Source: Cenococcum geophilum
Taxonomy: Eukaryota
DNA: 64,000 nt
Reading direction: 5' to 3'
Assembly: GCA_050273025.1 (NCBI GenBank)
Contig: CP158636.1
Coordinates: 5,146,001-5,210,000 of the forward strand
Shown one piece after another: positions 11,354-25,610 of the stretch. The notes under the pieces were generated by a model, which did no database searches, was not told the origin of the DNA, and worked only from the letters and a program-made list of their open reading frames with translations. The first letter of the stretch is position 1. Every line of letters starts with the position of its first letter. Both the position numbers and the translations under genes were made by a program.

Positions 11354-13735
11354 ATGGCGAATCTCTCCCAATTAGAAATAATTAAAACGAAACCTATTAG
11401 AGAAGGACTAAATAACTTTCGCGATTTATTTAACTTAGCTTATTAGGATCTAGACATCTCTAGCTCTTTAGACTCGTTGCACTAGATAGGTAATAAAGGT
11501 AATTGTTAATATACCTATTATAAGTTTCCTCTAACGCTCGCAGAACTGAAGGATATTTTGCTTAATTTAATACTAGCTCTGCAGAGCCTTTCCGCTTCTC
11601 ATTTATTGCTATCTAACGGTAGCAATAAAAACCTTCTTAGTGATCTATTGAGACTTAATTTAGTAGTTAACTCCAATAACTTTAATATTAAATAGTTCCT
11701 GCCTCTTCTAAATGCGATCTTTCGGATTTAACCTAATAAGGTTATCTAGGAAAAGGTCTATGCCGTTATAACAGAGTCTACGCCTCCCCCCTAACCGCTA
11801 CTATTCTACGTTTAAACCCCATATTAACGTAATATAAGTAGCTTCGCTAACTCGTCTAAATATAGGAAATACGTGGATGATGTTCTAAAGGAGGAGCTAG
11901 GCCCTCTTTATATGGGGATTCCTAGCTTATATAAAGCATTCTTTAGGGGAGTGGAAGGTCTTAAAGAGGTAAGCGCCGCTGTTTTTAAAAAATATAAGGA
12001 AGGGGACAATCCACTATACGCTAAGGGCGGTTGGCGTAACTGGCCTAAAGGCGCGAAAGAACATAGAGTTCTAAAGTAGTTTAATAAGCTAATTATATTA
12101 TTTCTAGACTTTGTAAAGGAGCATAGGTTTGTTCTAAAGGCATAATAAAGACTAGTAAAGTATACTTAGCAGTCCTTATAAGGATCTACGGCCGACCAAA
12201 AGCTAGATATCGGCTTTGTAGATAATCTAATAGCTAGTAAAAGCTCCTAATGCCATTAGTTGCATATACTTATACTAGGAGAGCTAAAGAGTAATCTAAA
12301 TATTAATATAGCCTCAAAAGTATGGTTTAATTTAGGGAAATATATAAGGGAAGTATTCGCTGCTTAGAACAGTCGTCGCTTTATCCTAGGCTTTACTCTC
12401 TATAAATCTATTATATAGTTATAGGAGTATAACCAGGTAGGAGGCATCGCATTATTACCATTTAATATTAATAAAGACGGACTATAATTTACCTTGGCGA
12501 TATTAGGATTTCTCTAAATAAATAAGGAGCAGCTTAGGTTTAACCCTACTATTCTAATATTAGACGGCAAATGGTATATTGAAATTGTATATAACGACTA
12601 GACTAAGCGTCTTATCTTTAACGAACTTATAAAGCGGGCACGCTATATCGCTAGTTAAGCAACTACTTGCTAGAAAGTATACTATAAGGGGATACCTAAG
12701 ATACCCCTTATTATTAAAGACTTGTAGCAGTACCTAGAGCGCGAGGAAAAAGGCAAACTGCTATATAAGATATTGGAGAAGGGAGTGGTTAACGTAGCTA
12801 GGTACTATTACTATAAGACTATTTATATAAGTGGACAGGATAATAATATCTTTAATATCCGCAAGGGGCTGGATATTATAAAAGCGACAAACTATAAGCT
12901 AGAAGGCTTAATAATGCCTCTAAAACTGGCTAAAATATAAGGAAGTACAAGAAAAGGTTAAAGTTTTAGTAGAAAGAGGTCTTCTAGCTACAGCGCCCTA
13001 TTACCACCTAGTAAGCGCCCGTGTTTAACCTCTCTAACTAAGCGCCCTATTATATAGAATCGCGTGCACTAACGCGTTATTACTAGTGACTACGGGAAGC
13101 CTCTTTATAAGGCAAGCTCTTAGGCTATAATACTTATTACACTAGAGGGTTATATTAAAGGATACAAGTCTTTATATATACGGGCCGGCGTTATCTAATA
13201 TAACGTTTTAATAGGAAACCTAATGATAAACGAGGAAGACAACAATCCTTTTTGGCCGGCATTCTTAATTAACTTTAATCTTGTAATTAAAGAGCAGCAG
13301 GAAGGGCCTTTAGGAGCGCGGGGTAAGACTAATATAAGAGCGTTTATGGCGATTGGAGTGCTCCTAGGCGAGATATATTCCTTTAGGCATAATCTAAAGT
13401 CGTTCTTCTAGGTGCTTTTCTAGATGTGCATTTATTACGAGGGTCTAAATAAGGAGCGTAAGCCTATCTTAAGGTTTAAGAAGTAGAATTATATAGACAC
13501 TAAAGAGCTAGTAGAGTTAAAAAAGGGGTGCATAGCCTATAAAGGGGATTTTATTAAAATAGCGGAGGAGTACTTTATATTGTACTACTAGTTATTAAAA
13601 CCTTAGGTTAATAGACTCTAGAAAGTAGTGTTTCTAAATAGTAAAAGGTAGGAGAAGGATAATCCGGAGCTATATTCTAGGATAAAGATAATACTTTAGC
13701 AAGTATAAAAGGATCTAAAGGTACTAGCAGAGTAG
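11354..13735 (+). pseudogene. RIPped fungal-specific protein kinase (FunK1 / Pkinase_fungal family)
   Basis: MANLS-QLEIIKTKPIREGLNNF start. Motifs KLDIGFVD, HILILGELKSN, RRFILGFTL, LIIKDL*QYLEREEKG, NLMINEEDNNPFWPAFLINFNLVIK, GKTNIRAFMAIGVLLGE, SFRHNLKSFF*VLF*MC. Numerous transition-derived stops. Confidence 0.9.
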
Positions 13736-14029
13736 ATAGAATAACATTTTATTGCCCTATACTCTTCTACCATATAAGTTAAAAGTTTGCAGAGATTTAG
13801 GCGGCTAAGGCTAGGTAGTAGTCTTGGTCAAAACGCATATAAAATAGCGTAGGGTAGGCTAAATAAACCCAGGAAAGCGGATAACCCAATCTTCCGCCAG
13901 ATTATTAGGTCCCTATACCCTACTATCCTATATAGGCTTTATATTTCTATAAAACATATAATCTACTCCCTAGCCTATTAGAAGCCGCCTTTTGCCACCT
14001 AAATAGAGGCCGTAGAAGAATTAATTCCT

Positions 14030-14680
14030 TCCTTTAACTAATCCCCTACTTAAATAAGTCCCCTACTTAAACAAATCCCCTATGGGAGTTAACGCCTACG
14101 TGTTTTGCCGCCCTATAGGAACCAGTCCCCTACTCTAATAAATCCCCTATGGGATCTAGTCCCCTACTCCAATAAATCCCCTGCGCCAATAAATTCCTTA
14201 CGCTAACGAATCCCTTACTCTAACAAATCCCCTACCCTAATAAATCCCTTACTCTAATAAATACCCTCTAGGCGCTAATGCCTACGTGTTTTACCGCCCT
14301 ATAGGAACTAATCCCCTACGGCTTGCATTCTTATACGGCTTTTACTCCCTTATAAAAACTGTTAGCCCCTTTTCCACTCCCCTACGGAAACAAATCCCCT
14401 ATAAATTCCGTTCCTATATATAGTAACTATATCTTCTACTGCCCTGTAAGAACTATACCCTATAACTTCTATTCCTATACGGCTTTTTAAGAATTAGTAG
14501 TAATAACTTCTACTCCCTTACGGAAACTAATCTCTTATAGCTTTTAGCCCTTTACAGGAATCGTTACCGCCGTCCTCCGTCCCTTTATAGCTTTTAGTTC
14601 CTTACGGGAACTAATATCTACGTCTTTTACTCCTCTACGGGAACCAATACCCTGCGGCTCCCGTTCTCTTATTCCTAAAT
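14030..14680. repeat. Degenerate minisatellite, ~17-bp core AAATCCCCTACTCTAAT / TCCCCTACGGGAAC
   Basis: Repeated ATCCCCTA(C) cores, with a higher-order duplication GCCTACGTGTTTTRCCGCCCTATAGGAAC at ~14094 and ~14280. Confidence 0.8.
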
Positions 14681-14942
14681 TCGCCTATATTATAGCCTAC
14701 CGCGTAGGCCTTATTATTATAGGAGTAAGGAAGTATATAGGCTTATATCCCGTATAGGAATGGGAGTTATTTACGCACTAGCTACCCGTAATTAAGGTTT
14801 TAGGAGGGCAGTAGGTACTTTAAGTTATTTAGTTATATTTGTTGGAACCCGGGCCCATAACTAGGGATTTAATATATAACTACCCAACTGTATCTATATC
14901 TAAAATCGCAGCCGCCTAGAAGTTTTAAAAAGTGGGAAATAC

Positions 14943-17900
14943 TTAGTAGTAAGCGTTTAAATTGCCAACTTGGCCTAGACTCTTGTAGTTATAGTTAAAC
15001 TCATTACCTAGTTGCAGAACTGTTTCTAAATACCAATAGGACAACGATTTTTTTTCCTTGTGCGCTAAGGCAAGGGCTGCTCCTACGGCATTTTTAATCT
15101 GTGAAATATAAATAATTTAGCATAAAAATTCTCTGCTAGGACTTTAGTATTCCTACCTATCGGCCGTTAAGCTCCCGTCGTGCTAATTCCTTAAGCTCTT
15201 TATAACTAAATCTTACCCCACTGGTAACTGCCTTTGTTAGGAAACTGGCCTAAAGGCCCTATCTCGTATTAGCGCCTAAGGGAGGGTATTTTATGGCTAT
15301 ACGTATTCTACTTTATATTGCGTTATTAAAGTCTTTTATATAATTAGTAGTGAGGATTATAATTCCTTTATAGTATTTAAGTTTCCGCAGAAAAATTGAA
15401 GTTAGGTTGTTGCCTATATAATCTAATAATTGTTGCTTTATAAATACGTTAGCTTTATCTAATAAAAGTATAGCATTCTAACTGCTAGCTAGCCGGAAAG
15501 CGCAAGAAAGCTAAATTTTAACCTCCTTTACGTTGGTGGCTAGGTCCCCACTAGACAACTAGAAGAGTTAGGTAAATAGTAGTAGTTTAAATAAGTAGGG
15601 CATACCGTATAAAGCGGCTTTTATAGCTCTTCTAAAAGTCCTTTTATAGTTAAGGTCTTTCTAACTCTAAGAGGACCACTAATACTTTATATTAGTTTTC
15701 TCTAAGTATAAAGTAGAACGGAGCTCGTACTGTAGTAGTATAATTAAACTACGTTCTTTACCTGGCACAAAATTATCAAACTAAGCCCTATTTGCGTAAG
15801 AAGCTATAAGAGCCCAAATAAGCTTCTTCCGGTCCTCTAAGATGGCAAGTATTAGCGACTTAGTTAATTGAGATATAAGTACGGTAAAAGGGTCGCGCAA
15901 GCCTATACGATTGGATTGTCTATAAACGAGAATCTAAAGCTAAAGAAAGGAAAGGAGAAGAAGGGGAGCGCCGCTTAAAGCTATATACGATCTTCGCGTC
16001 ACGTGATTGTAATATACGGCAATCTGTGGCAACTTGCCGGTGCGTAGTTCTGCTAAGTTCTGCTAAGTTCTGCTAAGTTCTGCTAGTGCTATAATATTAC
16101 CCCCCCCTCCAAAAAAGCCTACCCTTAGGCTTTGCCGCTAAAAGTCTTGGCAAGAGAATCTGACTAATTAGACAACTTTGACCGCCGGTTGAAGTTCCTA
16201 GATATCTTAATACCTTACGTAACTAAGAAATTTCTGGGGTGTTTTTGTCCTTATGTTCTTCTGGTAGCTTATTGTCTTTGTTATGCTAGCATTCTATCTA
16301 CTTATTTAGGTACTTTGGCGGTCCGGGTTTGTTAGGGTAACGGCTATAAAACTCTTAAAGCTTATGGGGGCTACCTATAAAGTTCTATATAGGGTACTAA
16401 GTGGGGTCCGGGTTATATCCTTTCTAACTAATATAATACTTTAACGTTCCCTTTACAAGTTTATAGGCTAGTATTTCTTTAATTTCCTATTTATTATTGT
16501 CGTTAACTTAAATTAGTAGGGGAGGTTTATTCTTTTATCCGGGTAGTAGGTTATTTATAGCTTTCCGTAGCTTATCTGGTAAGAAGATAAGGTAGACTTT
16601 AATTAAGTCTGGGAGCTTAACCTTGTACGAGTTGCCTACTTTATTAAGAATCTTATATAGTCCTACTATCTTATAGTCTAGCTTACGGCTAGGCCGTTCT
16701 ATCTTTTAGTTCTTTATTGTAACCTAGACTATATCGCCTATAGTAAAGTTAGGCTCGCGCCTATGCTTATTTGCCTACTGTTTTATTAACTTTTAGGCCT
16801 TTTTTAGGTTTATATGGGCTACTTTCTAGGCTTTTTCTAAGCGCTTAGCGTACTGCTGGGCTTCCTTATAAGATAGTTTTTTGTGTATAGTCTGGGGCCC
16901 TTTTAGTCTTTCCCAGTTAAAGCTTATATGGGGTAGGTAACCTATTTCTAGTTAAATAGGGGCAAATCTGGTAGAGTTGTGGGGTAGGGTTGCTTGGGCG
17001 TAGTCTATTAAGGGTAATAGTTTGGCCTAGTTATCCTAGAAGTAGTTAATAAAAGGCCGGAGTCTCTAGTCTAAGTATTAATTTATAATCTCTGTTTAAC
17101 CGTCTATCTAGGGGTAATATGCCGTAGAAAGCTTTAGCTTAATGCTTAGGATTTGGGTAAACTTATTCTAAAAGGCTAATATAAACTGCGGCCTGTGGTT
17201 AGATATAATAGTATCTAGTAGTCCGTAAATTTAGTAGACGTAGTGGATATACAGTTAGGCTACCTTTTTAGTATTAATATTTTTGTGACAGGGAATTAAG
17301 AACGGGCGCTTGCTAAAGCGGTTAACTAGAATTATAACTATATTATATCCGTTACGGTCTGGAGGTAGCTTATAAAAGTCTATAGAGACATATTACTAGG
17401 GGCGGTTGGGTATTAGGAGGGGTTTTAATAATCCTAGGGTTTTATCTTGTGGGATTGTAGACCTACGGTAGTTGTTGTAGTTCCGTATATAGCGGTTAAT
17501 ATCTATAACTATTCTAGGCTAGTAATAGCGGTCGCTAATAATCCTGCGGGTTTTATTCTTTTTGGGGTAGGCCGTAGAGACCTAGGTATATACTTTAGCA
17601 ATAAGCTAAGTCTGTAAGTTCTATTCCTTTATTACTACTAGCCGTTCCTAATGCTTAAGTAATCTATTTTTGAGGGACTATGGGCTGGTAACGTTCTTTG
17701 CCTTTTTATGGTACTCCTGTAGAGAAGGGGCCGTACGGTTTGTCTGTAGTAATTTATTAATTAAGTTAAGTCCTAAAGGGTTAATAGGATATATCTTGGC
17801 GCCTAAGGAGTCTATACTTAGTTCTGCCTATATCTAGGGGTTAAGGTGCTCTAGTTATAGTAGTGTTTAGGTCCGTAATAAGATCTTTACAGCTATATAG

Positions 17901-20900
17901 TTACCTAGGTCTTATTCGCGCCTAGTAAGAGTATTTATACGGTTTGTAGCGCCTAGTCTATATATAATTAAGAAGTTAAACTAAGATAGGATATCCACCT
18001 AGCGTGCCTGCCGGGCTATAAGGGCCTTAGTTGTTATAAAGTATTCTAGGGCCTTGTAATCTAATACTACTTTAATAGGTTTAGGGGTCCCCTTTAGCTA
18101 TACACACCAGTGCTAAAAGCTAGAGATAATAGCTAGTATTTCTTTATTATGGATATAGTAGTTTAGTTTAGCATCTATTATAGTCTTTAAATAGTATACA
18201 ATAGGGTGCTATTCTCCATCTAGTTGCTTCTAGGAAAAAATACTAGCTATCGCGCTATCTAAGGCATTAGTTTCTAGTATTAAGGGCCGTTCTAGGTTAA
18301 AGTGGGTAAGTAGGGGGGCCGACGCTAGCCGTTTTTTAAGCTTATTAAAGGCCTATATATATATGGCGTTAAAGTAAAAGGGCTAGTCTTTCTTAATAAG
18401 GCGGTTAAGAGGCCGGGCGATTCTGCTGTAGTTTTTAATAAAGTGTTAGTAGAAGTTATAGAAACCTAAAAACGATTATACCCCCTTTATGGTCCGTAGG
18501 GGCGTCCACTAGTTAATTGCGGTTATTTTCTCTAGGTCGGCCTTAATTCCGTCTGTGCTAATAATAAAACCTAGGTACTTTATACGCTTAATACTAAATT
18601 CTAACTTCTTAATATTGGCCTGGAGGCCAGCTTCGCGGAGCCGTTATAAGACTTTATGGACGTGCTCCTTGTGTTTTAGTTCGTTCTCTAAGTAGATTAT
18701 AATATTATCTAGATAGGCCGTATAGAAGTTATTAAGGTAGTTAAAGAGTACATTATTTATATACCGCTGGTACGTAGCTGGTCCGTTAGTTAGTCTAAAA
18801 GGAAGTACCTTGTATTTATACGTCCTGTAATAGGTCTAGAATATAGTAAAATCCTTAGACCTAGGGTTTATCCTAATTCGGTAAAAGGCCTAGTGGATAT
18901 TAAGCTTTATAAAAACCTTAGCTCTACTTATTTGGGTAAGAGTTTTATTAAGTAAGGGTAGTGGGTAGCGGTCCTTGCGGGTTATATTATTTAGCTTATA
19001 GTAGTTAATACAGAAGCGCAGTCCTCTATTTAGCTTTTTAATAAAGAGAATAGGTGAGTTAAAAGGGGCTTAGCTAGGCTTAATAAAGCCCTTATTTAGG
19101 TTATTAATAAGGTACTGCTTTATAGCCTATAATTCGGCAATAGACTATAGGTAGAGAGGGCTAAAGCTAAGGGTACTTCCCTTATCTTACTCGATCTTAA
19201 TCTTATAGTTATATAGTTAGTAGGGTGAAAGCATATTAGATACTGCCTTAGAGAATATATCCTTAAATTTCCGGTGTTAATTGGGCAGTTTTTGCTCCAC
19301 TAGTTCTTTATCTATAAGCCCGCTTTCCTATTTACTAAGCTTACTTTCCTTTTTCTTAATTATTCGGTTAATTTCGTATAGGCTAGTTATAAAGGTAACG
19401 GTATTAGGCTGAACTAGGTTCTGGTAGAATCCTACAGCGCTAATACAGTAGACATTAACTGGTGGGAGGTTTGTAGGGTTCTTTAGCGTCCGTTAGGCCG
19501 TAGTTTGCGGTATAGGGTTTATAGTCTTCCTTAGCTCACGTTCTATTTTCCGTAAGTTGTTCTTCCTATCTATTAGTTTAGTATAGTGTCCGATATTCCT
19601 GGCTTTCCTTTATAGCTTTATAGGGTTCTCTATAGGGAACTTAGCTAGGTTACTACTAACTTCCTAGGTCTTTAGTGCGGGTAGCGTAATATAGGTAGTT
19701 TAAGGGCGGCGTAGTATATGGATCCGTTGCGGGTTAAGCTATATGTCCTTCTTAAAGGCCTAGTTTCTGCGCATAATATCGGCCTAGTAAATAGTATTAA
19801 TCTAGGGCCGTATAAGGTTTTTTATTGTAATGCTAATTTCTTTTATAAAGGAAGGGGTTAGGGGTAGAGTTTTGGGCTAGATAAGCCGTCTACTCCGTAC
19901 TTTAAGCTGTAAGCCTAAATAGGCTAGCCATTTTCTTTTTAAGATTATATCGTGGCTTCCTAAGTCCGTAATAAGAAAGGGGACGTTATACTACCTTCGT
20001 CCGTTAACGCGGAGGTGGATCTATAAGATAGTTATAATAGGTGGCCCTATCTATCCGTTATAACCGCAAATAGGGATTAGTTTAGGTAGTTCTTTAAGGG
20101 GTATATTTAAAAAGTTAGCTAGTTTTATAGCGTACTTTATATTAATTAAGGTAAAGGCATTTACTTCTAAGTTAGCTAAAGTAGAGGTTAAAACTTAATA
20201 TTTATTACAAAATAAAGTATAAGGGATAGTGTAGCTTCTTTTACTAACTAGCTAACCTAGATCGATATGTGATATATTAATCCCTTTTAACCCTAAAGAA
20301 GAGTCTTCCTCTAGGGTTCCTCTTTTTCCGGCTCTATACTATCCTCCTAAATTAATAGGACCTTATTTATTTTTACCTTTATTAGGCAGTTCCTTATAGG
20401 GTAGCCTATTTAACTATATAAGAAGTAAGCTCCTTAATCGCTAAGGGCCTATATATAGGGGTTGCTATATATAGGCTAGGTGTACACTAGGCCCGTAGCA
20501 GAGGTAGCTACGCGGCTAGCTACTAGGTTAACTATAGGAGTTGCTAATTATGCTAGGGCACTATAGGCCGTACTTGTAGTACTTACGGCTTAGTTTATAA
20601 GATTTTTAGTTTTTAGCTGGTTAGCGCGTGCCTTAATTTAATGGAGGCCTTAGTTAATAGCTAGGCAATAATCCATAAGTTCCTTTAACGTCTATGCTAT
20701 AGTATAAGCTAGTAATACGGCCCGCTATAGGTCTAGGGTAAGCTTATTAAAGAGGTCTAGTAGTAGGTCTTCCTAGGGGATCTAGGCCTGTCTGGCTAGG
20801 TATAGAAAGCGGGTTTAGAAGGCTAAAAAGGTCTTTATTGTTTTTATGTTTAGGCTTTTATAGCTAAGGCGGGCGTTTTATACTTTAAAAGGGTCTTTAT

Positions 20901-23463
20901 AAATAGAAGATAAGTATTTAATTATTTCTTTTTTAGAGATAAAGGGGTTTGTTAAGTCTTTAGTGTATTACGGGCGTAAATGCGTTTAGGCGTCTCCGCT
21001 AGTACGGCCGAAAATATAAGCTATTTTAGCTTAGGCGTTAGGGAAGTGGTCTATATTAACTTTAAGCTTGTCCCGTAATTAAAGCTTCTAATTATTAAAT
21101 ATAGGGTTAGTTCTGTTTGTAAGTAGTAGGGGGTTTATAACCTTTACTAACCGCTTTAGTGCTATATAGGCCTTAGTGGATCTACTAAGGCGCTAGAATA
21201 GGGCCTAAAGAACTATAGCAAGTCTTTAGTTGTCTAATAATGACTTATTATTAGATATAGGGGTATCTCTAGCTTTAAGCAGCTCTCGCAGTCATTTAAT
21301 TTTGGTATTAGTAGCCGTAAGCTCCGCCTAGGGGGTTAAAACGTTAATTGTTTCTTTATCTGAAGTATTTAAGGGTCCTATAGCTGCTTTACCTGCTACT
21401 ATAGTTCGTGGTATAGTAGTAGGGGTATTAGGTAATTCTAAGTAATTTCTTTAGGGGTTCTAGTCTATGCGTGTCTTATAGGTCCTTTCCTTAGGGTTCT
21501 ATTCTTTTCTTTTAGGTCCTATCCTTATAGTCCTAGTAATGTCCTTAGAGTCCTATTCTATATTCTTGTAGATATATTTAAGTTCCTTCTTAGGAAGAAA
21601 GAGTAGAGTAAGCTTTAGATAATGTTAGCGACTTAGTCAATTAAGATATAAGCACGGCAAAAGGGTCGCGCAAGCCTATATAATTGGATTGTCTATAAAC
21701 AAGAATCTAAAGCTAAAGAAAGGAAAGGAGAAGAAGGGGAGTGCCGCTTAAAGCTATATACGATCTTTGCGTCACGTAATCGCAATATACGGCAATCTAT
21801 AACAACTTGCCGGTGCGTAGTTCTGCTAAGTTCTGCCAAGTTCTACTAAGTTCTGCCAGTGCCGTAACAGCAAGGTTCTAAAAGGAGAGGGCATTCCACT
21901 TAATGTCGCTAATATTGTTAATAGCAAACTCCACTGCGGGATATTAAATTAGCTTTGCAGTCTTCTTAGCTCGCGAATCTAGGAACTTATACTAGAGCTT
22001 ATTATTAAGACTAAAACCTAATATAGTTAGGCTGTAAATAAGCAAGTCCTTATATTTTAACTCGGTAGGCTCCTTACTATTACTTTTAACTTTATTAAGT
22101 TTTTTCTTAGCCGGTTTGTTAAAATAAATCGTCTAAATATTGTTGGTTTAGTATTTTCGCTGCTTATCGATACTAGGTTTAGCGTAGTTTAGATTATTCT
22201 CTTAGAAAAGTACCAGGTTAACTATAATCCGACTATTAATAGATAATCTGGAGGGCTTTCCTTTTTCTATATAAAAGGCTTCACCTTTATACTATTGGTG
22301 GTGCGTCCCTATTAATAAAATAAATTTATAACCGCTATTAGCAAGTTCTTACTTCTCCTCCTCTACGTTAGGGTAATATTTAAAGGGAAAATATACAAGG
22401 CTATATATCGGCTTTAATCCCTAGAACTTCTAAATAGCAGCTGCGGTTATAGCCTTACTAAATTTTTTGCTATTAAAATCCAGATACCGACCTTAAATGC
22501 GGAAATATTCATCTCCTTTATCGTCCTCTTTCACCTCACCTAAGTTAAATCTCGTGCATCTATGCATCTTAGTGCCATAGCATTTCCTATACACTAATTC
22601 ATTTAACTTAAAAAGAGTCTAGAGCAGATTAAATATAATTTCTCCGCTATCTTATAGCGATTTAAGGCGCTGTTTTGTTAAGGCATATATATTCCTAATA
22701 TAGTTTACTAAGAGATTAAGGTAGGTATTGTTCTCCGGGGCTTCCTTATAAGCTTCTAGCTTAGGAAGGAAGTAGTATAATATATTCCGCTCTACCTAGT
22801 CTTAAGTTAGCAGCCGATCTAGGGCCCAATAAATAGGGTTTTATACCGTAGGTTTATCTTCCTTAAGAAAAGTTCTATCTATACCTTATAGAATAGACCT
22901 AAGTATGTCCCGCAGGCCTTTAGACTTAATATCAATAAGGTACGTTATGCATTTAGTCTTCTTGTCTATTATTTTACCGTTAGTAATATAAATCCGGTAG
23001 CTATTTTTGTGCTTACTAATATATATATAAATAACAAATATATATTTATTATATGCGTCCACCTTAGAAGGTACTATAGAGGATTTAACTATCTTATACT
23101 TTAAGGTTATATTATCCCAGCTATATACGGCAAATTAGCTAGGGTTATACTTTTAGTTTAGTAGGGATATACATTTTATTAACTGTCTTATACTCTACCT
23201 TTAAAGCTTAGGCTCTCGGTTTTTAAGGTTAGGAACTATCTATAGCTTAAGGCTCAGTAGCCTTAGGAGAGTCTATAGCGCTAGGTATTACTTTCACTAC
23301 TTTTAATACGTCCTTAAGCAGCTCCATAAGGTAAAGGATAGTAACTAGGTCTAAGGGCGGTATAACTAGGCTAAAAAGAGGCGTTTACGGACTTCTATAG
23401 CTAGGAGGGGTATCTAGAGATACCTTATACGGCTTTATAGTCTTAGGCTAGTTTAATATTATT
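14943..23463 (-). pseudogene. RIPped fungal AAA+ ATPase gene split by a Gypsy insertion (5' part ~21870-23463, 3' part 14943-15849)
   Basis: Walker A remnant GPLRVRKTLT (~15650-15680), Walker B remnant AILLLDKANVF, IFLRKLKYYKGIIILTTN, ELNGR*/IKNAV. The frame resumes across the GCAAG TSD. Confidence 0.85.
15850..21869 (-). mobile_element. Full-length Ty3/Gypsy chromovirus, family B copy 1, RIPped
   Basis: 247-bp LTRs at 15850-16096 and 21623-21869, TSD GCAAG (15845-15849 / 21870-21874), and PPT (TTACCCCCCCCTCC on +) at ~16097. Remnants of gag, PR, RT (AYLDNIII), RNase H, integrase and chromodomain on the minus strand. Confidence 0.95.
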
Positions 23464-24199
23464 ACTTTATAAAGCTTCGGTAATATAGTGCTAAATTAAA
23501 GTATAAAATTAGTAATAAGCTAAGTGTATAGAGTAAGGAGCTTAGTATAGAGAAAATTAATGGTATTAATTCTTAAATAAGATCCGCCCTCTTTATACCT
23601 AGTAATACAACATACTACGTAAATACTTTCCCCTATTTATTTTAGGAGACGCTATATTATATATATTAACATTAGTTCCGATATAGTAGAGGACCGAGTA
23701 AATATTATATAATCTTGCCTTAACTATAGAAATAAAGCTAAGCCCTATATTTGGGAGCTTAGCGGAGCTTACGCCGTGGTTATATTCTTACTATCGCTAT
23801 AAAGACATCGCGAGGGCTTGTATACGGGATTCTTATTCTAACTATTAGAGTTGCGCCAAAACTAATATAACTGCATCGGTTTATATACGGTAGCGAAGGT
23901 AGATATTATAGATTAAAGGGAAAGAGATATGTATACAGCATTAGGTGCGCCGTTTAAACAAAAGAAGATGGGAATTATTGCTTTGGGATGTAGCCGCAAT
24001 TGGTCTAAACTTGGGTACCCGCCACACGGTCCAGTCCAGTCCGGTCCAGTCCGGTCCGGTTATTACTTTTGTTTTACCTTAGTTTTGTTTTATCCTTATC
24101 TTATCTAGTCCGCTCCTACTAACTCCTATCCTATTCTAGCCTTATCTATTTATCTTTAATTCTGCTATATCCTTAAAGTCTATTAAATTAAATAACTGG

Positions 24200-25610
24200 T
24201 TAATTAAACAACTCGAGAAAAAGAGAATAATATTTAATAATAATATATACCCATTACTCTTATACCAAATTAATACGTTTAGATTATATTACGATTTACT
24301 ATAAGAGGATATAGTATCCCTAGCAAAGCAGTTAAAATAAAGTTGTAGTAAAAGGCTATAAGTACGCACTTTTTTAATAGATATTTTCCTAGGCGTAGGA
24401 CCTAAAGTGTTCCTATTATATATCTTAGTAGTACCTATCTTAAAGTTGCATAAAATAACGCCAAAGGGCCTCCTTCTAAAACTTTAAAGTTAGTGGAAGT
24501 CTGCCTTACACCTATAAGGACTAATAGTGGCTATAACGGAACTTTATAAGGCTAATTTAATTAGCACCTTAATTTCCTTATCTCGGAAATATTAGTTTTT
24601 AGAGATTACTCTCACCACTAGTAGATAAACTCTTTTATTCTAAATAACTTTATTACTAATTCTTAATAGAGTAAGGCCTATTATAAAGCACGTATGCTCC
24701 TTTATTAGAGAGTTACTTACTAGGCCTTAATACGGATTTAGACCTAGGAAGTACTCCACCTACTTAGACTCTGTAAACTATATATGCCTAGGTTACATAC
24801 TAAACACTAGGTATATATAACTCTTCCACTCTTAATAACTAGTTACTTATTTATAGTAGAGTAAGACTTAGTATAAAAAGAAAGCGCTCTTATATTAAAT
24901 ACGCGAAAGATAAATGGTTTGGAAACCTCGTCCCTATACTTTAATAATGGCTTATTTAAAGATAGATGCCTTATTAGATTCTTATCCTAACGCTATAGCG
25001 GTTTTAGACCTTAAATTTATAGATCTTCTTAGCTTTCTATAGTAATATAAGGCTAGCTACCCGAACTTACAAATAACATGTCCGTATATTAGTGTGCCGT
25101 TATTATTTATTAATATTAACTTGAAACCAACTCTTAGATTAAGCATAAAAGTAGAATTCTCTCTTTAATTAAGTAAAGCGTTACTTTAATATATGCTTAC
25201 TTTAAGAACTACAGCGGCAAAAGTATTATACTAACGGATTTCCTAATAATATGCACTCCTTAATAGACCCTATAATAACGATAATAAAACTAGTACCCTT
25301 ATTTAGACCTATAACTACGTTCCTTATTAGGTTACTAAAGACTCTAACAGCCCTACTGGCGCTATATTTCTTAATAAGGATTACGCAAACCGATAAGTCT
25401 ATTATCTTAAAGTCTATACTAATCGTCTTAGGGTCTATAATAAGATCTACTCTAGACTAGATAGTATTTAGCAAAAATATATTCCTATAAGCCCCGTAAT
25501 TATCTTACCAATTATATAGCCTTCTCCTTAAGCTTTTAATTATCTTGCGTAATATTATTAACTAGTATTATCTAACTTACCCTAGCTATAATCGGGGCCC
25601 TTATATGGTC
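24200..25610 (-). pseudogene. RIPped hypothetical protein gene (~450 codons)
   Basis: One long frame with only transition-type stops, e.g. SRVDLIIDPKTISIDFKIIDLSVCVILIKKY...KYRDEVSKPFIFRVF...SPYRCKADFH. No family recognised. Confidence 0.45.
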
